Shown here: positions 9,528 to 18,146 of the stretch, piece after piece | Numbering within the stretch: position 1 is the first letter of the stretch | How the letters are laid out: each line of letters starts with the position of its first letter | NCBI GenBank assembly: GCA_963755525.1 | Contig: CAVWKC010000024.1 | Location: 58,251-122,250, forward strand | Direction of reading: 5' to 3' | DNA: 64,000 bases | From: an uncultured Solirubrobacterales bacterium | GTDB lineage: Bacteria > Actinomycetota > Thermoleophilia > Solirubrobacterales > Solirubrobacteraceae | Notes under the pieces: generated by a model | What the model was told of the DNA's origin: nothing | Seen by the model: only the letters and a program-made list of their open reading frames with translations | Database searches by the model: none | Made by a program: the position numbers and the translations under genes

Positions 9528-9839
9528 ACTCTTGCCCCTTCGACCATGCCCGGCTTACATGGTCGTCACCGGATGGCGTCCGAATGGACCCCCGTTTGCG
9601 GTTCCGGCCGTGCTGCCCCGTGCGTCACGCGCCCGCTGACTCTCCTCCCTACAAACACGGTCGAAAACTCAACTTTGCGCGTATCTTCTGACTAAACCTG
9701 CACAAATGGTATCCGAGTTGTCAATGGATCCCAAACCCCTACCCGGGCCGAGCCCCGCGTTGCACGGTCCCGGTCCCGGAAGTGGGGTGCCTGAAGCCAC
9801 TTCGCGGATCCTTAGGGGAGGTGCAGGCCGCCGGGCCGC

Positions 9840-10787
9840 CTAGCGGAACGTGCAATAGGTGCCGGCCGCGTTAGCGCTCGGATGCGAAGGAGCGTATGCC
9901 CAGACGTAACGGGGATGGGCGTACCAGTAGATGACTTCGAACGCCGCGATCGCGTAGGTCTGCTGGCCGGGGAGCACGTGAATAGGCGCCCAGGTCCACG
10001 GATTGAGCGCGCCCGCCGGCGTCAGCCATGTGGCGACTCCCGTGGGCGTCGCCGACCAGCGATACCAGCTGCTGCTGTTGACCCCGGTGGTACCGAGCCA
10101 CCGCCAACCGTTTGCCGGCGTGTACCAGGCGACCCATGGCCTGACGTCGATGATCGCCGGCGGCGTCACGGTGAAGTTGGGTGCCACCAGGTACGGCTCG
10201 TTTGGGCCAAGGAAACTGCACTCCATCCCGCCGTTGGTCCAGGCGTTGGGGACCGCCGGCCTGGCTCCGAGCGTGATCGAGAACCGCTCAGCGCCGCCGG
10301 CGCCGAGGGCTACGCGCGCGAGCGTCGATTTGAGAGCCGCCAACCGGCGGGCGGCGCCCGGCTTCAGCGACAGTTCAGCCGAGCCCTGACCACCTCGACA
10401 GGCGTAACCCCCCCGGGCCAAGTCGCCGGAGCCAAGTGCGGGCGCGGTCAAGCTCACCTGCCCGCCGCGCCTACACGCAATCGTGAGCGTCAGCTGCCGT
10501 CCACGCACGGACACGAACCCGCTCCTCAGTCCGGCGCCTACGAACTTCGTCGGCAGCGACGCGGCCGGGCCCACCGGCCCGGCCGGTGGCATGGTTCCGG
10601 GCGAGGGGGCTGCCGGGAAGCCCTGTCCCGCCGCGGGTGGGGGGCCAGGAAGAGCCGGGGCCGCACTGCCCCAGGCCGAGGCAGGCATCGCGGTCAGCAC
10701 GAGCGCCAGGGCAGGGCCCCCGATGAGACCCAGGAGGCGCCTGGACCTGGTCCTCGCGCGTTCTGGGATCGGTCTAGCTGTAGGCAC
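9840..10787 (-). CDS. Secreted hypothetical protein, Trp-rich paralogue A
   Basis: Signal peptide, Pro-rich linker, a basic two-Cys module, and a C-terminal domain highly similar to that of the adjacent gene. Confidence 0.85.
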   Translation of the reverse strand: MPTARPIPERARTRSRRLLGLIGGPALALVLTAMPASAWGSAAPALPGPPPAAGQGFPAAPSPGTMPPAGPVGPAASLPTKFVGAGLRSGFVSVRGRQLTLTIACRRGGQVSLTAPALGSGDLARGGYACRGGQGSAELSLKPGAARRLAALKSTLARVALGAGGAERFSITLGARPAVPNAWTNGGMECSFLGPNEPYLVAPNFTVTPPAIIDVRPWVAWYTPANGWRWLGTTGVNSSSWYRWSATPTGVATWLTPAGALNPWTWAPIHVLPGQQTYAIAAFEVIYWYAHPRYVWAYAPSHPSANAAGTYCTFR

Positions 10788-11679
10788 AGTATGGGGAAGA
10801 TGGGTATGAGTGTGCGTACCGCCACACGTACACCGGGTGGCTGTACCAGTAGACCGCCTCGAGCACGGCGATCACGTACGTGCCCTGTCCCGGGCTGATG
10901 GAGATCGGGCCCCACGTCCATGGGTCGATCGCGCCGGACGGCGTGTGCCACTCAGCGACCCCGTCTGGCGTGCCCGTCCAGCGGTACCAGCTACTCGCGT
11001 TCGGGCCCTCGGTGCCGAGCCATTGCCACCCGGTCGCCGCGGTGTACCAGGCGAGCCACGGCCTCACATCGATCGTGGTCGCAGGGGTGACGGTGAAGTT
11101 CGGAGCCAGCAGGTCCGCCTGATTGCTCCCGGGCGAGCCGCATTCGAATCCGAACGCGCTCGTCCAGTACTGGGGAGCCGCGGGACTCGGCCCGACCATG
11201 ACAGAAAGGTGCTCGGTTGCGGCACCCTGCGTGAACGTGACCCCGGCCAGCACGCTGCCGCTGCGAGTGATCTGCCGCGCGACGCGTTTGTCGAGGGAGA
11301 ACGAGACCGTGCTGCGTCCGCCGGCGCACTTGTACCTGGTCTGCGCCACGGTCCCGGTTGCGACTGCCGGCAGGCTCAGGGCCGCGTGCCCTGCGGCCTG
11401 GCAGGCCATCGGCAGCTTCAGGCGCTGGCCGCTCAGGCCGGCCGAGCCGGAAAGCAGTCCGGGTCCGGATGGGCCGAACGGGATGGTGGCGGGCGCGCCC
11501 GAAGCCTCGGGTGGCGGCGGCTGGGCCGGAGCGGGCGGGAGCGAATAGCCTGTTCCCGCCCCAGGAGGCGGTCCGGGAAGACTGGGCGGTCCTACCGCCG
11601 CTTGCGCCAGGCGGACATCGGTACCGAACGCGGCGCAGGCCAGTACCAGCCCCGCGGCGCACAAGACGCGCGTCAGCAT
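10774..11679 (-). CDS. Secreted hypothetical protein, Trp-rich paralogue B
   Basis: ATG 11679 (MLTRVLCAAGLVLACAAF) overlaps the upstream gene's stop. Same architecture as paralogue A. Confidence 0.85.
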   Translation of the reverse strand: MLTRVLCAAGLVLACAAFGTDVRLAQAAVGPPSLPGPPPGAGTGYSLPPAPAQPPPPEASGAPATIPFGPSGPGLLSGSAGLSGQRLKLPMACQAAGHAALSLPAVATGTVAQTRYKCAGGRSTVSFSLDKRVARQITRSGSVLAGVTFTQGAATEHLSVMVGPSPAAPQYWTSAFGFECGSPGSNQADLLAPNFTVTPATTIDVRPWLAWYTAATGWQWLGTEGPNASSWYRWTGTPDGVAEWHTPSGAIDPWTWGPISISPGQGTYVIAVLEAVYWYSHPVYVWRYAHSYPSSPYCAYS

Positions 11680-13988
11680 CCGACGCCCGGACGACTTCCG
11701 CCGACGGCGAGGCAAGAGATCTGGATGCTGGGTTTACTTCCGGCCCGGATCGTGAACTTGTAGTACTTGCCGAACCAACCTGGACGCCTGATCATCACGA
11801 TGATCGTGGCCCCGGCGTGCAGACGGTTCTTCTGGAACGGAACGGCCAAGTTGATGCTGCCACCGACCGGACACTTGGGCTTCCCTTTCTTCCCACACCG
11901 CTTGGGTTTCGCAACCGTGCTGGTGTGCTTGGCGAACGGACAACCTCGACCGTGGCATTTGACGAGCACGGTCGCGTCGGCGGACACCCAGTTGACGAAG
12001 AGCATGAGGACCTTCGTGTACGCAGGGTTGTAGGCGAAGTCCCACTGCATTGTCGAGGTGACGAGACCGAGCACGTGCACGGGCGCCCGCACGACGGTAA
12101 CGGGCTGCCCCGGCGCGGTGGAGCCTGTGAAGTTCGAATCGCCACCGTAGCGGGCGGTGATGCTGTGCGTTCCGATCGTGTTGTAGGTGAGCGTGCACGA
12201 TGCGCTCAGGTTCACCACCGCCTGATTGAGGCATGAAGGGATCGGCGAACCGTTGTCGAGGAACTCGACCGTGCCTGAAGGCTCGATCGGGCCGGAGCGG
12301 CTTGCCGGAGGCGCGACCGTGGCCGTGTAGGTCGTACTCTGGCCAACGTCCGCTGTCGTCGAAACGTCGAGGGAGACGGAGGTCGAGTCCGGCGTGACCG
12401 TGAGGGTGATGACGCCCGTCGATCCCGGGGCGGTCGATGCGGAGTTCGGTATGAACACGGCGCTGAGCCGCTCAGGAGAGGTTGAGGCAGCAAATGATGT
12501 TTGACACGTGGCGGCGGGGTTTGACGGCGTGATCGGTTCCGCCACACAGTTCGCTATAGGCGCGCCGCCGTCATTAAACGTGATTGCTCCTGACGGGGAG
12601 CCAGGCCCACCATTGACAGTCGCGAACAGCGTCACATTTTGGTTTGTGACGAGCGCTGACGCGGAGGCGACAAGCGAGGTGCTGCTGGGGCCGGCGGCCT
12701 GACCGAGCGTCCCTTGACCCGACACGGCGGGCGACACGGAGCTATCGGTCGCGGTGATAGTTGCCGAACCAACCTTCGTCGAGCCTCTGACCTGGACACT
12801 GTAGGTGCCGTTGCCGTTGTCCGACACCTGCCCGAAGAACTGCCCCGGATCAGTGGATTTGAAGCTTACGCTTTGGGCGGTCAGGAGATGCCCCTGAGCG
12901 TCTTCGACAGTGGCGGTCGCGGTGGCGGTGGAGATGCCGTCGGCGAGGATCACGGCCGGGCTCACCACCAGGTTCACGGTTGCAGCGGAACCTACGGTCT
13001 GGTTCAGAATCGCCGTCCCGGGCACGGTCCCGTCGGTTGCGGTGATCGTCGGGGTGCCGACGGTGGTGGAGCTCGTGATCGTCGCTGTGTAGGTGCCGCT
13101 GCCGGCGTTCGTCGTGGTGCTGACCTTGTCGCCTGTGTCGCTGGACTTGAAGGTCACGGTTTCGTTGGGCAGGAGGAGCCCTCCGGCGTCTTTGACGGTC
13201 GCGGTTGCGGTCGTGGTGGAGGTCCCGTTGGCGACGATCGAGGTCGGGCTCAGCGTGACCGCCACGCTGGCAGGGGGATCTACGGTCTGGGTCAGGGTCG
13301 CTGTTCCGGAGACGGTGCCGTCGGTTGCGGTGATCGTCGGGGTGCCGACGGTGGTGGAGCTCGTGATCGTCGCTGTGTAGGTGCCGCTGCCGGCGTTCGT
13401 CGTGGTGCTGACCTTGTCGCCTGTGTCGCTGGACTTGAAGGTCACGGTTTCGTTGGGCAGGAGGAGCCCTCCGGCGTCTTTGACGGTCGCGGTTGCGGTC
13501 GTGGTGGAGGTCCCGTTGGCGACGATCGAGGTCGGGCTCAGCGTGACCGCCACGCTGGCAGGGGGATCTACGGTCTGGGTCAGAGTCGTACTAGCGGTCA
13601 GATCCGATCCCGAGACCAGTGAAGTGCTATCGGTTGCGGTGATCGTCGGGGTTCCGACGGTGGTCGAGCTGGTAATGGTTGCGGTGTACGTGCCGTTGCC
13701 ATTGTCCGTCGCGGGGGTGGGCGTCACCTTCTCGCCCGGGTCGCTAGACGCGATCGTGACCGTATCTCCGGTGACGGGGGCGCCCGTGCTGTCGTCCACG
13801 GTGGCGGTCGCGGTGGTGGTAGAGGTGCCGTCCGCCGTGATGCTGGTCGGGGACAGCGATAGCGTCATCGCCGTCCCTGTCCCAGCTGCCTGGGCGGTCC
13901 CCGCCATCAGCCACAGGCTGATGGTCACTGTCAGAAGACAAAGCCACAACCCCCTACGTCGAGACACCGGTACCACCGTGCGGCTCAA
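11673..13988 (-). CDS. Secreted invasin/intimin-type Ig-repeat protein (4 Big_1-like + 2 Big_3-like domains + basic Cys-rich C-terminus)
   Basis: SI.A.G.STTTATATV.D..G repeats, DNGNGTYTA, PSGTVEFLD and HSITARYGGDSNF. Confidence 0.88.
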   Translation of the reverse strand: MSRTVVPVSRRRGLWLCLLTVTISLWLMAGTAQAAGTGTAMTLSLSPTSITADGTSTTTATATVDDSTGAPVTGDTVTIASSDPGEKVTPTPATDNGNGTYTATITSSTTVGTPTITATDSTSLVSGSDLTASTTLTQTVDPPASVAVTLSPTSIVANGTSTTTATATVKDAGGLLLPNETVTFKSSDTGDKVSTTTNAGSGTYTATITSSTTVGTPTITATDGTVSGTATLTQTVDPPASVAVTLSPTSIVANGTSTTTATATVKDAGGLLLPNETVTFKSSDTGDKVSTTTNAGSGTYTATITSSTTVGTPTITATDGTVPGTAILNQTVGSAATVNLVVSPAVILADGISTATATATVEDAQGHLLTAQSVSFKSTDPGQFFGQVSDNGNGTYSVQVRGSTKVGSATITATDSSVSPAVSGQGTLGQAAGPSSTSLVASASALVTNQNVTLFATVNGGPGSPSGAITFNDGGAPIANCVAEPITPSNPAATCQTSFAASTSPERLSAVFIPNSASTAPGSTGVITLTVTPDSTSVSLDVSTTADVGQSTTYTATVAPPASRSGPIEPSGTVEFLDNGSPIPSCLNQAVVNLSASCTLTYNTIGTHSITARYGGDSNFTGSTAPGQPVTVVRAPVHVLGLVTSTMQWDFAYNPAYTKVLMLFVNWVSADATVLVKCHGRGCPFAKHTSTVAKPKRCGKKGKPKCPVGGSINLAVPFQKNRLHAGATIIVMIRRPGWFGKYYKFTIRAGSKPSIQISCLAVGGSRPGVGC
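13030..13583. repeat. Intragenic tandem duplication with a 288-bp period
   Basis: 13030-13295 and 13318-13583 (266 bp) read as identical. One unit equals one 96-aa Ig domain. Confidence 0.93.
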
Positions 13989-14007
13989 TCTCGCTTCGAA
14001 ACTGAGC

Positions 14008-17000
14008 TCACGTCTTGATGCTCAACGTCCCGCGGGCGACCTTCGGCCCCCCGTGGGGCTGCTTCGTCGAGATCGTCAGCGCGCCGTGGAGCGTGCGGTG
14101 CTTCCCGCTTGCTCCTGCCGCCACTGCCTTCTTCGGCAACCCGACCACGATCCGCGCCGTCTTGGTCGCCTTGATCTTGAACGAATGGGTGACCTTCTTG
14201 CCCATCACCTTGAGCGTGAAGCTGCCGGTGCAGAAGTGGTTCTTAGCGGCCTTCCCGTTCTTCGCTTCGCACTTCAGCGAGACCGTTGCCGTGCCCTGCT
14301 TCATCGAGACCTTCTTCGGGGCGACCTGGACCGCCACGTAGTACAGCGAAGCCTCGGTCGGTCCCGCGGCCGGCGGGTTCGGGTTTCCGCCCTTCGCCGG
14401 CGTGCCACCCGGTGCCGGACCACTCGGCGGAGTCACGATGACCGGATTGGTCGGCTCCGCGGGCCAGGCCGCCAGCGCGGTGTAGGTGCTCGTGCCGGTC
14501 GGCGCATCGGTCCATCCCGAGGCGGTGCCCGCGTAGGGAGTGCCGACGTTGGTGCCGGTCAGCGGCACCTCGATTGCCGGCCCGGTGTTGTTCACCGTGA
14601 CCACGTTGCCGTCGATGTTGCCGGTGACAGCGGTAGTGGCGGACCACGCCTGCTGCTCGGCGAGTAGGTTGGCGATCGCTTGCTCCGTCAGCTGCTCGAT
14701 CGGGGCGCTGGAGTTGAAGTACTCGTTGTACTCATAGAGGAACGGGTCGAGCGCCTGGTACAGCGTTCCGTCACCGGTCGTGCATGGAGCCTCCGCAGCG
14801 CACGTGGAAGGTGGCGTGTAGGTCGCGGGTGGGAGGAGATCCGGCGATTCCTCGGATCCGGCCGGCGGCGTTCCGATGATGTTGGTCTGGTGCACGTAGC
14901 TGGGCCGCGGATCGTTGGCCATCGTCGTGCTGAACAGCCCCGACACCACCTGAGAGATGACGTCGCGGAAGTTGCAGGTGGTGGGGCAGGCGAACGAGCC
15001 GGCGGGATAGAGCGTCTGGTACTCGTCGAGCTCCTGGGCGTCCGTCCCGGCGTTGTAGTAGATGTTGACCGGGTGGCGCGGAACCACCTGGGCCGAGGTG
15101 CCTGGAATGGCGAACGTGGAGCCGGCTGGGTACGTGGCACCGGTGTAGCTGACCCCAATACCGAACTCCGTGTTCGCGGGGTCCGGGTAAGCCTTTGAGG
15201 CATCGTCGCCGACCGCCGTGATCCCGACCGCCGCGAGCGCGGGCGCGAAGTACGGGTTCTGCTCCCACGGAGACTCGACCGCGTTCTCCGCCGAGGTGGA
15301 TGGCTCGGTGGTCGCCGTGCCGGCCGCGCCGGTGTCGACGTAGGTCTGCTCGAGCTCGCCGCCGTTCGTGACGTTAGCCGTCGATGTCGGATTGCCGGAG
15401 CTGCTGTCGGGCAGCGTCGCCGAGAACGGCGTCGACACCGTTCCATAGGCCGAGCCGGTTGCCGGCGCCATCCGCGTCCACGTCCACCCAGCCGTCGTGG
15501 CGTTCGCGCTCGCAGCGGGGTTGTATCCCCGGTACACCACGTAGTCCGCGGCATGGCAGATCGCCTGCCACTGAATTGTGATCTCATTCGTCGACGTTCC
15601 GGTGGGCACATCGATGAGCGCGCTGAGGTCGGCCGCCGACTCCGTGTTAGCCGTGGCCGAGTTGGTGAACTGGTCCGTGACCGCGTACTGATAGGTGCCC
15701 GCCGGCAGCGTTCCTGCGGTTGTGCTCTGCGTGGTCAGGTCGTCGTCGATGATCGGTGGATCGACCGTGGCCGGGTTGCCTGGCACCAGGTCCGCGAACC
15801 CGGAGTGGTTGCCCGGGACGAACACCTTCCCGTCCTCGTAGCCAAGCGACAGCGACGGGTTGGTGGTCTCGGTCAGGCCTAGTCCGCCGGTTCCACCGGA
15901 GCCGCTCTCCGCTGCCACATTCGTGTTCTCGTTCAGCTCGGCTTCGATGTAGTTCTGGGTCGCGCAACCCACGTCCAGGTAAGGCGTGTCGTAGGTGTGG
16001 CTGATCCAGCCGAACGAGTCGGCGTACGGCTTGCCGGTCTCCGCGTCGCCGGGCCCGCAATTCGACGAGCAGGTGGCCTGGAACGCCGCCAGCAAGGGGT
16101 CCGTGCCGGTCGTACCACTGCACCCAGCCGTTTGTGTGCCGTCAGCACAGTCCGCGGCGAAGGCGGCGCTCCCGCCCATGTTGAACAGCTGATCCATGCG
16201 GAAGTTGTGGTTCGCCTCCCATGTGGTGGCGGTCGCGACGTCACTAGCGTTCATGCGCATCGCGTCGGCGTCGCTGTAGTCGATCGAATGCGTCGTCGTA
16301 TCCCACACGTCGTCCGGAGTGAACGTGTCGTCGACGTCCATCTCCAGGTAGTTGCGCTGGTCACCGAAGTACGTGTTACGGGCGAGCCAGTCGAGCTCCC
16401 CGTGACGGAGCAGCTGGCTCTGGAGGTAGTACTCGTTCTCGTTGAAGGTCTGATACATCGTCTGACGGCCGTCGGGGCTCGTGTAGATACCCACCAGCGA
16501 GCTTCCGTTCGGACCCGAGATGAGCGCGTCGACGCTGGCGCCAGCAGGGAGGGCGGTCATCGGCGTCGCCTGATATACCCAAGTCGACTGGGGCCCGGGG
16601 TCAAGCGAGAACTTGTTGAGGTAGGGGAACACGTTGGCGCCGTCGGCGGTGAGCGTCGGCGTGCTGACCGCTGCGGCGCACGTCGGCACGCCAGTGGCGG
16701 CAATCGTGGAGCAACCCCCCGTGGGATCGGTATTGAGCCCGTAATCCGCACTCGGGACCGCATAAGCCGTCACCTGGCGAACCGAGAACTGGTGCTCGAA
16801 CGTCTGAAGTTGATCCCACTGAGCGGTTGTCAGGCCCAAGGTGCCGGACACGGTCACGACGACGCCCTCGTAGTCGGCGACCTGGGTGCCGTCGCCCAAC
16901 GTCGATGAGAGAGCCGGTAGCGGCACGGTTCCAGGGGCGGAGGAGTTCGTGACGACCGAGGTGTAAGGGACACCCTCACGCTGAAGGGTGTTTTCCCAGT

Positions 17001-17190
17001 CGCCATAGGCGATCGCGGCGTTACTGTTTGCGCTATCGGTGATCAGCAGGACCTTCATGCCGATCTGCTGCGATACGGACGCAGCCGAGGCCGGCGAAGC
17101 CCCTCCGAACAGTCGAGTAACACCGAAGAGCGCGAGCAGCGCTACGACCACAACGACCATCGCCCAAGGCAAACCAAGGAACCGTTTCAT
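14008..17190 (-). CDS. Large secreted Agd3-like (CE18) polysaccharide deacetylase homologue
   Basis: GAGGG RBS and signal peptide, then FEHQFSVRQVTAY, RNYLEMDVDD, WISHT, VPRHP.NIYYN and YVHQTN, a Pro linker and a Lys-rich C-terminal module. Confidence 0.8.
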   Translation of the reverse strand: MKRFLGLPWAMVVVVVALLALFGVTRLFGGASPASAASVSQQIGMKVLLITDSANSNAAIAYGDWENTLQREGVPYTSVVTNSSAPGTVPLPALSSTLGDGTQVADYEGVVVTVSGTLGLTTAQWDQLQTFEHQFSVRQVTAYAVPSADYGLNTDPTGGCSTIAATGVPTCAAAVSTPTLTADGANVFPYLNKFSLDPGPQSTWVYQATPMTALPAGASVDALISGPNGSSLVGIYTSPDGRQTMYQTFNENEYYLQSQLLRHGELDWLARNTYFGDQRNYLEMDVDDTFTPDDVWDTTTHSIDYSDADAMRMNASDVATATTWEANHNFRMDQLFNMGGSAAFAADCADGTQTAGCSGTTGTDPLLAAFQATCSSNCGPGDAETGKPYADSFGWISHTYDTPYLDVGCATQNYIEAELNENTNVAAESGSGGTGGLGLTETTNPSLSLGYEDGKVFVPGNHSGFADLVPGNPATVDPPIIDDDLTTQSTTAGTLPAGTYQYAVTDQFTNSATANTESAADLSALIDVPTGTSTNEITIQWQAICHAADYVVYRGYNPAASANATTAGWTWTRMAPATGSAYGTVSTPFSATLPDSSSGNPTSTANVTNGGELEQTYVDTGAAGTATTEPSTSAENAVESPWEQNPYFAPALAAVGITAVGDDASKAYPDPANTEFGIGVSYTGATYPAGSTFAIPGTSAQVVPRHPVNIYYNAGTDAQELDEYQTLYPAGSFACPTTCNFRDVISQVVSGLFSTTMANDPRPSYVHQTNIIGTPPAGSEESPDLLPPATYTPPSTCAAEAPCTTGDGTLYQALDPFLYEYNEYFNSSAPIEQLTEQAIANLLAEQQAWSATTAVTGNIDGNVVTVNNTGPAIEVPLTGTNVGTPYAGTASGWTDAPTGTSTYTALAAWPAEPTNPVIVTPPSGPAPGGTPAKGGNPNPPAAGPTEASLYYVAVQVAPKKVSMKQGTATVSLKCEAKNGKAAKNHFCTGSFTLKVMGKKVTHSFKIKATKTARIVVGLPKKAVAAGASGKHRTLHGALTISTKQPHGGPKVARGTLSIKT

Positions 17191-17450
17191 CCGTAAGCCC
17201 TCGTTCATGCGTGATTTGAGCGAACGGCACACAGCCGCACCGGCACAGCCGGCGCTTTACCGTGGAACCCTCGCGCCCCGAAATGTGCTGAGCAGTGTGT
17301 TGGCTGGCGAGCGCGCCGCCAATGGGCTTCCTCGCCCTTCCTGCGTTCATAGGTGAACGTTTCTGTTGAAACGCCCTCGCCGCGTGCTAGCGTTTGCGTT
17401 GTCGAACGTGCTGCCTCACGGATCGGGGCGAGCTGTAGAAGGGGCCTATC

Positions 17451-18116
17451 GTGAGTGGCGCAGCGGCGTCGAACGGAAATGACGTGACGGTATTGCTGGC
17501 GGACGACCAGGTTCCGGCGCGCGCCGGGATCAAGCGAGCGCTCGAGCCTCACGGGCTCCGCGTCGTTGCCGAGGTGTCCACCGCTGAAGACGCCGTCCGG
17601 ATGGCGCAGGCGCGTCAGCCGGATCTGTGCGTGCTCTCGGTCGCGCTACCCGGCAACGGGATCGACGCTGCACGCCTGATCAAGCGCTCGCTCCCGGCGA
17701 CGAAGATCGTGATGATGACGAGCTCGGCGCGAGACGAGGATATGCTCGGGGCCCTCAGGGCGGGTGCCGACGGCTATCTGCTGATGAGTACGCCGATCAG
17801 CCGACTCCCGCACGCGATTCTTGCCGTCGCCCACGGCGAGGCGGCGCTACCGCGGGCGATGACTGCTCGCTTGATCCTCGAGTTTCGTGAGCGGGGAGCC
17901 AGACGCCGCGTGGTTCTGCCGGACTCGGGTCGTGAGGTCGAGCTGACGGCACGCGAGTTCGAGGTTCTCGACCGACTGCGAAAGCGGGAGCGGACTGCTG
18001 AGATCGCGGCGCGCCTTGGCATCTCGGAGGTGACGGTGCGTCGGCATGCGGCGTCGGTGCTGCAAAAGCTCGACATGCCAAATCGTCGTAGCGCGATCGA
18101 AATGCTCGATCGGTAG
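17451..18116 (+). CDS. Atypical NarL-family response regulator
   Basis: REC plus LuxR HTH. PDLCVLSV has Ser at the phospho-Asp position, and GYLLM replaces GYLLK. Confidence 0.88.
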   Translation: MSGAAASNGNDVTVLLADDQVPARAGIKRALEPHGLRVVAEVSTAEDAVRMAQARQPDLCVLSVALPGNGIDAARLIKRSLPATKIVMMTSSARDEDMLGALRAGADGYLLMSTPISRLPHAILAVAHGEAALPRAMTARLILEFRERGARRRVVLPDSGREVELTAREFEVLDRLRKRERTAEIAARLGISEVTVRRHAASVLQKLDMPNRRSAIEMLDR

Positions 18117-18146
18117 GAGCGACCGGAACCCAGCTCTGATCAGCGT

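Noticed and set aside
9840-11679. Diversity-generating retroelement TR/VR pair
   Set aside because: Both copies are coding paralogues with general divergence rather than adenine-specific changes, and there is no reverse transcriptase in the window.
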